From Planctomycetota bacterium (lineage in GTDB: Bacteria; Planctomycetota; UBA8742; UBA2392), in contig JAOSKM010000001.1 in assembly GCA_027493625.1 (NCBI GenBank), positions 2,068,657 through 2,132,656 of the forward strand: DNA of 64,000 nt, written 5' to 3'. Positions 9,734 to 17,030 of the stretch are shown here, one piece after another. Position 1 is the first letter of the stretch; each line of letters opens with the position of its first letter. Below the pieces are notes generated by a model that was not told the origin of the DNA, did not search any database, and saw only the letters and a program-made list of their open reading frames with translations. A program made the position numbers and the translations under genes.

Positions 9734-9781
9734 GTGGGGCAGGCTTCCAGCCTGCCATGGCAGACAGGATGTCTGCCCCAC
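9734..9781. terminator. Double hairpin between convergent genes (candidate bidirectional terminator)
   Basis: Outer stem gtggggcag / ctgccccac encloses ggcaggc-ttcca-gcctgcc and ggcagac-aggat-gtctgcc. Confidence 0.5.
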
Positions 9782-9785
9782 GGGA

Positions 9786-10823
9786 CTACTCGCCCTCGAG
9801 TTCCTTCAACCAGGCTTCGTACTGGGCCTGGAAGTCGCGGGCGCTGGATGCGATGGCGCGCTCCTTGTTGTCCTCGGCGAACTTCTTCAGCTTCTCCGCG
9901 GCGTTGCGTGCGGCCTCGATGGTCTTCTTGCCGCCGTCGCCGGCGCTCTCGAAGGGCAGCCAGATCTGCAGGCGCAGCGCCACGTAGGCGCGGCGGGCCT
10001 TCATCTCGGGCTCGTAGTCATCGAGCGCCTTGATGCGGGCGATCTCCTTTGCTGCGTCCGGCTCGTCCTCGAAGCCCTTGAAATGGGCCGCGAGCTCGGA
10101 CCAGCAGGCGAGCGCCAGCTCGTAACGGCCGCAGATCTCGTGCACCTCGGCGCGTTTGCGCAGGGTGTCGCGCATGTCCTCAATGCGCGTCACCAGCTCG
10201 TCGGCCTGCTCGATGACCTTGTCGGCCGCGTCGCTGTCGGCCACGGCGCTTGCCAGCTTGTGGGCCTCGGCGTAGCGGGCGGCGCCGAAGGCCTCGGCGG
10301 CGGGCTCAAGGGGCGAATAGACGCGGCTGAGGCCAAGGCGCGGGTGCTTCACTTTCTTGAGCTCCTTGAGAGCCGCTTCTTCCCAGCCTTCCTGGGCGGC
10401 GTGGATGATCTTGCCGTCAACGCCGATCACCCACACGCAGCACAGCAGGGGCGCGGTGAAGCGGCTGTCAAAGAAGCCGTCGAGCGCGACCGGGTGCGTG
10501 AGCTTCAGGTCGGCGACGGACTTCTCGATGGTCTCGAGGCTCTGGAACTGGACGTAGGCGGACACGAAATGGATGCCCTTGCCGGCGTGCTCTTTCTCAA
10601 GCTCGTTGAAGCGGCGCAACTGCGCCAGGCAGGGCGGTCACGTGCAGCCCCACTTCTTGAACACGATCACGTCGCCGCGCAGCTCAGAGAAGCCGTCCCA
10701 GGCGGGCGGGTTGATCCAGTGCTGCACGGCGTGGTCAACGGGCTCGTCCCCCACCGCGTAGGGTTCCTGGGCCGTCAGCGCCACAGGCAGCAGCAGCAGA
10801 AGTGTCAGCAGCAATCGGGACAT
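9786..10823 (-). CDS. Secreted TlpA/redoxin-like thiol:disulfide oxidoreductase with helical C-terminal domain; candidate selenoprotein (in-frame TGA at 10638-10640 read as Sec)
   Basis: ORFs 10638..10823 and 9786..10619 are in the same frame (1038 nt = 346 codons). Joined sequence: ...GDVIVFKKWGCT-TGA-PPCLAQLRRFNELEKEHAGKGIHFVSAY. The TGA occupies the first Cys of the canonical thioredoxin-fold W-C-P-P-C motif. N-terminal signal peptide MSRLLLTLLLLLPVALTAQ. Confidence 0.7.
10612..10627 (-). promoter_or_regulatory. Candidate bacterial SECIS hairpin
   Basis: The mRNA reads UGA-CCGCCCUGCC-U GGCGC AGUU GCGCC G. This is a 5-bp GC stem (plus a U-G pair) with apical loop AGUU, starting ~11 nt after the UGA. 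Confidence 0.5.
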
Positions 10824-10850
10824 GCAGTTACTCCGTATGGGCGCGGACCG

Positions 10851-11008
10851 GGAACAGGAGCCGCAAGCGCAAGCGCGCGGCAGGAAGCAGGCGGCAGGCG
10901 GCAGGCGGCAGAAAAAGCAAACCTCCCCAAGCCCATAGCCCTAAGCCCCAAGCCCTAAGACCCTGACCCTAAGCCCTAAAACCTAACCCCTGAAACCTAA
11001 CCCCTATC
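10851..11008. repeat. Composite intergenic element: 31-mer + (GGCAGG)n + degenerate CCCTAAG/CCCCAAG heptamer array
   Basis: 10851-10881 ggaacaggagccgcaagcgcaagcgcgcggc is the exact reverse complement of 57073-57103. It is followed by ggcaggcggcaggcggcag and about 12 heptamer-like units (ccccaag, ccctaag, ...). Confidence 0.8.
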
Positions 11009-11078
11009 CAGCCCTATGCACCAAGACCTGAATTCAACCCTCTCAGGCTACGCGTGCCGAACGCGGCTGCAAGCTTCC

Positions 11079-11666
11079 TTATATACGCGCGCCCAGGTGC
11101 AGCAGGTGCCGCTCGCGCACCTTGCTAAAGAAGGCGTCGTAACGGCCGGAAGCGAAATCGGGAAAGGTGTAGTCGCGCTTGATCCATTCACTGTCGCGGA
11201 AGCTCATGGTGACCTCGGCCGAGATGCCCTGGCCGATGTACACGCGATGGGCGAGGCCCTTGACGCTGGCAAGCACCAGCTTGGCGCCGCTGAGATAGCC
11301 GGGGTCGAGGTTGATGGGGCGGGATTCGCCAAAGCGCGCGGCGCACTGTTCCTCGAGCTTATTGGTCTGCAGCTTCCATTCGCTGAGCATGCCGGGGTCG
11401 GACAGGCGGTCGAAGCTGAAGAAGCGGCGCTTGAGGCCGGTGCCCATTTCGCCTTCGTAGTGGTCGGTGAGGTCGAAGGGGAATTCCTCGGAGCTGAGCT
11501 CGACCTCGCCCATTAGGTGCTCGATCCACATCAGGGCGTCGTCCACCGCGGACGCGTCGCGGTAGATCACGCCCAGGATCGGCGTAACAGGCTGAGGCGG
11601 CACAACGCGGCCCATGGGCATCCGGTCAAGGTTCGTGAGCAACCGGCAAGTATACCGAATGCCCAC
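11079..11666 (-). CDS. DUF4416-like protein
   Basis: Sequence FPFDLTDHYEGEMGTGLKRRFFSF...INLDPGYLSGAKLVLASVKGLAHRVYIGQGISAEVT matches my recollection of the DUF4416 family. The start is probably at 11621 or 11615 (MPMGRVV). Confidence 0.6.
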   Translation of the reverse strand: MGIRYTCRLLTNLDRMPMGRVVPPQPVTPILGVIYRDASAVDDALMWIEHLMGEVELSSEEFPFDLTDHYEGEMGTGLKRRFFSFDRLSDPGMLSEWKLQTNKLEEQCAARFGESRPINLDPGYLSGAKLVLASVKGLAHRVYIGQGISAEVTMSFRDSEWIKRDYTFPDFASGRYDAFFSKVRERHLLHLGARI

Positions 11667-11687
11667 GGGCGCGGAAACGTGACTCGC

Positions 11688-12167
11688 CTAGATCACGCGG
11701 GGCTTGCCGACCAGGCGGCGCATCATGCCGACCTGGCCGAGGTGATAGACCTCATGGAAGGCCAGCGTGGCCAGCAGGCTGCCCACGGTTTCGTCCGGGT
11801 TGCCGGTGGGGCTGAAGGCGGCCTTCTGCGCGGCCTGCTCGGGAGTGATCGATGCTACCCGGCGCAGCAGCGCTTCCTGCACGCTGAAGAAGCGGCGCGA
11901 AAGCTCAGCCAGCGGCAGGGCCTGCGCGGGCTCAAGCGATCCCGAGCCGCGCTTGTAGGCCGCAAGCTCGGCGTCGGGCCATGCGGGCTCGCCGCCCAGC
12001 AGCGCCAGCGAGCCGTTGCGGGCGTCGGCCAGGTGGCCGACCAGCCAGTTGATGGTCTTGCCGGTGGCCGTGGGCCTGAGGCTGTCCTCTTGGCTGATGT
12101 CCTTGAGGGCCTGTTCGAGGAACCAGCCGCTCATGGCGAACTGGCTGCAGATTGCCTGGTTGTTCAT
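11688..12167 (-). CDS. DinB-family (DinB_2) protein
   Basis: Four-helix-bundle His triad context: WLVGHLAD...LAFHEVYHLGQVGMMRR. Confidence 0.8.
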   Translation of the reverse strand: MNNQAICSQFAMSGWFLEQALKDISQEDSLRPTATGKTINWLVGHLADARNGSLALLGGEPAWPDAELAAYKRGSGSLEPAQALPLAELSRRFFSVQEALLRRVASITPEQAAQKAAFSPTGNPDETVGSLLATLAFHEVYHLGQVGMMRRLVGKPRVI

Positions 12168-12610
12168 CTTGTTGCTCCTTGTCCGGCGGTCCGCACCTCG
12201 CGGATCGCATCAATCACCTTGAGGAAACCTTGGTAGTCCCGGTCCGAGACGCGCTCGCGCACGCCCGCTTCCAGCTTGATCACGTGCTCGCCGATGCGGC
12301 GCATCAGGCGCTCGCCCTTGGGCGTGACGGCCACCAGGAACGAGCGGCGGTCGGCCGGGTTGGGCTGGCGCTTGAGCAGGCCGCGCTTTTCCAGCTTGTC
12401 GAGCTGTCCGGTGAGCGTGGCGCCCTTGACGCCGAACACCTCGGAGAGCGTGCCCACGGTGCAGGGCCCGTAGCGGAGGGTGTATGAAAGCATGTGCCCC
12501 TCGGCGCCGTCCACGTCGGGCACAGCGACCTCGAGGTCGCGGGCCAGCACGCGGTAGGCGGCATGCAGCTGCGAAACAAACAGCGAGCGATAGTCCCGGC
12601 TGTACTTCAT
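12164..12610 (-). CDS. MarR family transcriptional regulator
   Basis: Winged HTH: CTVGTLSEVFGVKGATLTGQLDKLEKRGLLKRQPNPADRRSFLVAVTPKGERL. 4-nt overlap with the DinB gene. Confidence 0.9.
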   Translation of the reverse strand: MKYSRDYRSLFVSQLHAAYRVLARDLEVAVPDVDGAEGHMLSYTLRYGPCTVGTLSEVFGVKGATLTGQLDKLEKRGLLKRQPNPADRRSFLVAVTPKGERLMRRIGEHVIKLEAGVRERVSDRDYQGFLKVIDAIREVRTAGQGATR

Positions 12611-12691
12611 GTCCCGGATATTACGGTTTCCGAACTATCTGGCAAGGGCAAATTCACCGATGCCGCCGCGAGCCTGCACTTCACGGCATGG

Positions 12692-13053
12692 AACCGCAAA
12701 GCACCGCCAAGGACCGCGAAGTACACATGACTGGTGACGTTTACCGGGTTCCAGTTCGTTTCGGTTTCAAACGGCAGATGGGCCACGAAAACACAAAAGC
12801 ACGAAACAACGACACACGAAAACAGGCTGCCGTTTTTGTGGCAGTACCTTTTGTGCTTTGGTGTTTTTGTGGCCTGCTGCAGTTCCCGCGAAACGGTGTA
12901 AACCGCGAAGGACCGCAAAGGACCGCGAAGCACGGCAACTGCATGCTCACGCGGAGGCGCCAAGGCGCTAAGAACTGCCGTGCAATTCTTGGCGCCGTGG
13001 CGGCTTGGCGTGAGGCCGCTTTGCTTCGCGGTCCTTTGCGGTGCTTCGCGGTT
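12692..13053. repeat. MITE-like nested inverted-repeat element, family A copy 1
   Basis: 30-nt terminal inverted repeats of 10-mers: aaccgcaaag-caccgccaag-gaccgcgaag (12692-12721) versus cttcgcggtc-ctttgcggtg-cttcgcggtt (13024-13053). The central ~94-nt imperfect hairpin core at 12781-12874 (ggccacgaaaacacaaaagcacgaaac...gtgtttttgtggcc) is ~80-85% identical to 60750-60844. Confidence 0.8.
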
Positions 13054-13089
13054 GCGTGCGGCATCCGACTGCGGCCGTTGATTTCCGCG

Positions 13090-15053
13090 CTAGTCATCGC
13101 CGGGGAAGCCTTCGGGCAGGCCGGGGATCTCGCGCTCGCCCTGTTTGCCGAAGAACACCGCCTTGCCGCCGCCCTGCTTCGCGATCGGCTTCAGCCAGGC
13201 CATCTGCGCCTCGCCGATACCCACGCACTGGATGCGGCAGCGGCGCACCAGGTTCATGCGCTCGACCTCGTCCAGCAGGTTGGTCATCTCGAAGGCGCTG
13301 AAGCCGAAGTTCCGGGCGCAGGCGTAGGGGCCGTTGTCGTCGTGGTTCTCGAACTGGTAGCGATAGACCTCTTTCTTGCGCCACATGCGGCTGGCCGGTT
13401 GAGCGGGCTGGGCGGGGATCTTCGTCTTGGTGATCGCGCCGGTCTCCGGGTCGCGGGTCTGGATCTCGCGCTCGGGCTGCGCCGGGCGCGCGGGGAACTC
13501 CACCCACTCGCCCTCGCCAGGCTGCTTCGTCGCGTAGTAGGCCGAGCCGGTGTACTCGTAGTCGATCTTGGGCGTGTCGCCGCTGAAGCCGTCACGGATC
13601 GGCGAGCCGTCCGACAGCAGGAAGATCGCGTCCGCCCCTTCCGTCACCAGCTTCAGGTCCCAGTGCTCGCGCGGCTCGTTCACGATACCGCCCTTGCCCA
13701 TGCGGTACGCCGCCAGCAGCGCCTTGTAGTAGTTCGTCTCGCCCAGCAGCACGCCGTGCGGGCGGGTGTCCTTCCTGTCGGCGGGCGCCTCCCCGGCCGA
13801 ATGGCATCCAGCGCCGCGCCGATCTTGCGCGCGTTGCCGCTGCTGGCGGACACGAAGCTGCGCGTGACCGGCAGCGGCTCGGCGTCGTCACCGAACAGGA
13901 TCACGGCCACCTGCTTGTCCTTGCCCAGGCGCGAGAGCGTCCACTTCACGTGTTCGCGCGCGGCATCGAAGCGGTTGTGGACGCGCTTCCAGTCGATCTC
14001 GTACTCGTCGTCGCCGGCCTTGCGGCGCCCGCCGGTGACCGGGTTTTTGATCGCGTCGCGGTCGGCGTCGGACAGCGGGTTCAGCATCGAATCCGAGGCG
14101 TCGATCAGGAACACGATGCGTTCGCCCATCACATCGAGGCCCATGAAGCTGGCGAAGGTGGCGCCGTCGTCGTCGCCCAGGGGGTCGTGGCCGCTGTCGA
14201 ACAGCATCTTCCACATCGCGGGGAACTGGTACGGGTGCTTGGTGCCGAAGCAGAACTGCAGGGCCAGCGCGGCCTCGCGCTTGCTGCGGCCGAGCAGCGC
14301 CTTCTTGTCGTCCACCAGCGCGGTGATGCGGTCGAACAGCGGCCGCCAGTCGTCCAGCACCGGCTGGCCCACCTTGTGCAGCGGGCGGTAGGCGCGCGCG
14401 GCCGACCAGCAGATGGCCTCATAGATCACGGCGCTTTCGCCGCCGGCCTTGAAGTCCTCCTGCAGCATCAACTGCAGCGCCCGGCGCAGGTGCTCGAAGC
14501 CGCCGTGCTCGAGGGCGCAGAGCAGCGCCGCGCGGGTAGCGGCCGGGGCGCGCTTGTCGCCCACGATCTCGAGCAGCTCCAGCGCGATGTCGGCGTCGTC
14601 CTCGATGGCGAGGATGCAGGCGGCGCAGTAGACGCCCCAGACGTCGGGGGCGCTGCGGTAGTACCGTTTGACGAACTTGCGCAACGCCTTCAGGTCGGAC
14701 TCGCTGGGCTGCTGGCGCTGGGCGGCGAACTGCTCGGTGGTGATGTCGTGGCGCGCGCGCAGGTAGGATGCCGCCAGGTAGCGCATGTTGTCGGCGAAGG
14801 CGGCGGGCGGCTTGTCGTAGACCTGCAGCAGGCGGGGCAGCACGTCGTCGCCGCTGAAGCGCGAGTATTGCTGGAGCTGCTCGGCGTTCCAGCGCAGGGA
14901 GGTGGACTCGGCCATGCGGTCCAGGAACTCGGCCGTGACCTTCTTCTGGTCGTCCTGGTTGGCGGGCTTGCCCTGGGCGGCGGAGGGGACCCAGGCCGCA
15001 AGCAGCAGCGCGGCCAGGGCGAGGGGCAGCAGGGGGCGGGCGGTGTTTCGCAT
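13090..15053 (-). pseudogene. Secreted HEAT-like + VWA domain protein interrupted by a 1-nt frameshift (pseudogene or assembly indel)
   Basis: ORF 13680..15107 (signal MRNTARPLLPLALAALLLAAW; MIDAS IVFLIDASDSM) loses sense after ...GAALDAI. ORF 13090..13752 continues in another frame (GEAPADRKDTRPHGVLLGETNYYKALLAAYRM...IFLLSDGSP). The frames join if one extra C is added in the cccc run at 13791-13794. Paralog of 40274..41743. Confidence 0.7.
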
Positions 15054-15218
15054 CGGCGTCTCCAGTGCGACTGCCAGAAGTCTAACTGCCGACCGCGCCC
15101 ATCCCAAGTTCGCAATGCTGTCTCAGGCCCAAAGGTTCGCAGATCGGCACACAACGAAACACCCGCCGCAAATAGAAAAGGGGCCGGCGCGAGGCCGGCC
15201 CCCTGTGCGGGTTTGGGG

Positions 15219-16361
15219 CTATTCCTTGCCGTAGACGTTTACCGTGGCCTTGCCTTCCTTGCGGCCCTGGGTGCTGTACTTGAACACGATGCGCTCGACC
15301 GTGCGGGCGTCGCCGGGAAAGTCCACCTTGCGGCTGCGCGATCCTTCGTTGAACTCCAGGCGCGTCTTCACCTCGTGCTGCTTGCCGTTGCCGAAGGTCA
15401 CCACGATCTCGTGCATCTCGAGGTCCGCGTTCTCCACCTCGATCATGAACGCCGTGAACTTGCCCTTGCTGTCGCCCACGATGATCACGTCGGTGTCCTT
15501 GCCGAAATCCACTACGCGGCTCGCCAGGTGCTTGAAGTTCGGGTAGCGCACGTCCACGCCGGCCGGGCGGCCGAACAGCTTGACGGTGGCCTTGCCCTGG
15601 CCGATCTTGCTCTTGTAGGCGAAGGTGACCTTCTTGATGAAGCGGGCCTCGCCGGGCAGGTCGATCACGCGGCTGCGCGACTTCTGGTCGAAGCTGGCGC
15701 GCAGCTCGGGCGAGAAGCTCTCTTCGTTGCCGAACTCGACCTTGATGTTCCACATCTCGAGTTCACCTTCCACCACGCCGATCACGATGGCCGTGAACTT
15801 GCCTTCGCTGGCGGTTACCTCGATGGTGTCGCGGTCGGCGCCGAAATCGACCTTGCGCTCCCCGAGAAGCTGGTAGCCCTCGTCGCTCCTGGGCAGGTGG
15901 TCTTTCCACTCGCCCTTGTCGGGGCCGGGCTTGTCGCCGGCGTCGGCAGGCTTGCCGAACAGCTTGACGGTGGCCTTGCCGCGCTTCAGCTTGCTCTTGT
16001 ACTTGAAGGTGACTTCCTTGATCACTCGCGCCTCGCCCGGCAGGTCGATCTGCCGCGAACGCTCACCCTGCTTGAACTCCGCGCGGATCTCCGGCGAGTA
16101 GGTCTCGTCGTTGCCGAAGGTGACCTTGATGTCCCACATCTCGAGGTTGCCCTCGATCACGCCGATCATCAGGCTGACGTAGCGGCCTTCGCGCGCGCCC
16201 ACCTCGATGGTGTCCTTGTCGGCGCCGAAATCGACTTTCTTCTCGCCCAGCAGTTCGTAGTTGGGGAACTTCTCGGCCCAGTTGGGCTTGTCGTCCTGCG
16301 CGTTCACGCTGGTGAACGCGGCCAGCGAAATCAGCAATGCCGTCATCAATACAGTCTTCAT
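15219..16361 (-). CDS. Secreted protein with three tandem ~115-aa repeats of an uncharacterised beta-rich domain
   Basis: Signal peptide MKTVLMTALLISLAAFTSVNAQ (start 16361). There are three copies of VDFG(A/K)D.DTI.V....G.F....I.V....LEMW(D/N)IKV.FGN......E.R..F......SR.IDLPGEAR.IK.VTF.YKSK...GKATVKLFG. Confidence 0.75.
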   Translation of the reverse strand: MKTVLMTALLISLAAFTSVNAQDDKPNWAEKFPNYELLGEKKVDFGADKDTIEVGAREGRYVSLMIGVIEGNLEMWDIKVTFGNDETYSPEIRAEFKQGERSRQIDLPGEARVIKEVTFKYKSKLKRGKATVKLFGKPADAGDKPGPDKGEWKDHLPRSDEGYQLLGERKVDFGADRDTIEVTASEGKFTAIVIGVVEGELEMWNIKVEFGNEESFSPELRASFDQKSRSRVIDLPGEARFIKKVTFAYKSKIGQGKATVKLFGRPAGVDVRYPNFKHLASRVVDFGKDTDVIIVGDSKGKFTAFMIEVENADLEMHEIVVTFGNGKQHEVKTRLEFNEGSRSRKVDFPGDARTVERIVFKYSTQGRKEGKATVNVYGKE

Positions 16362-16551
16362 GGCTCTCCTTTGTCTAACCCCAGTGTGCGAGCGATGGTA
16401 AGTGCACCCCACGCGGGCGCCAGAGTGGCGCTGATTTTTACAAACACTTGCCACAGGAAGAGTTGCAGCCGTGTTTTCTGGAATTATCGCAACCTCAACG
16501 AAGGCCGCGGGTTACAATCCCGCGCTCACTTGCAACCATCGGGGGATTCAA

Positions 16552-16986
16552 ATGCACACCATGAAATTTTCTCTGCTTCTGCTGACCATCCTGGCGCTCG
16601 GCTTCACTGCCGGCTGCGGCGGGCGCGGCGCGCGGCCGATCAACACCCAGGACGGCGACGCCGACCGCGTCGAGCTGCTGGGCTCACGCAAGGTGGACTT
16701 CAAGGCCGACCACGACGTGATCCTGGTGACGTTGAAGGAAGGCACCTTCCACGCGCTGCGCGTCGAGGTGGAAGGCAGCGAGCTGGAGATGTGGGACATC
16801 GACGTGTTCTTCAGCAACGGCGGGCACCAGGACTTCAACACGCGGGTGCACTTCGCCGAGGGCAGCTGGAGCCGCAGGCTGGACCTGCGCGGCGGAGCCA
16901 GGGGCATCAAGAAGGTGACCTTCAAGTACAAGAGCAAGAAGCCCCGCACCGGCAAGGCCACCGTCAAGCTGTACGGCATCCACTAG
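16552..16986 (+). CDS. Lipoprotein with a single copy of the same uncharacterised domain
   Basis: Lipobox MHTMKFSLLLLTILALGFTAGC. Domain VDFKADHDVILVTLKEGTFHALRVEVEGSELEMWDIDVFFSNGGHQDFNTRVHFAEGSWSRRLDLRGGARGIKKVTFKYKSKKPRTGKATVKLYG. Divergent from 15219..16361. Confidence 0.75.
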   Translation: MHTMKFSLLLLTILALGFTAGCGGRGARPINTQDGDADRVELLGSRKVDFKADHDVILVTLKEGTFHALRVEVEGSELEMWDIDVFFSNGGHQDFNTRVHFAEGSWSRRLDLRGGARGIKKVTFKYKSKKPRTGKATVKLYGIH

Positions 16987-16999
16987 GGCTCAGGCGTCG

Positions 17000-17024
17000 A
17001 ACCAGCCCGCATTGCGGGCTGGTT
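17000..17024. terminator. Bidirectional terminator hairpin between convergent genes
   Basis: Perfect 11-bp stem aaccagcccgc / gcgggctggtt with loop att, followed by gcgttttc. Confidence 0.6.
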
Positions 17025-17030
17025 GCGTTT

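Noticed and set aside
10638-10640. The in-frame TGA as evidence of a genome-wide alternative genetic code or a simple nonsense pseudogene.
   Set aside because: Other genes in the window terminate sensibly at TGA. The codon falls exactly on the redox-active Cys position and is followed by a suitably spaced hairpin, which favours Sec recoding. A pseudogene cannot be fully excluded without genome context.
10921-11008. Telomere-like CCCTAA(G) and TTGGGG(C) repeats (also at 56928-56961) as a sign of a linear replicon end or eukaryotic contamination.
   Set aside because: The arrays are short (under 90 nt), internal, and flanked on both sides by typical bacterial genes. They are better explained as part of a dispersed intergenic element or a G4 motif.
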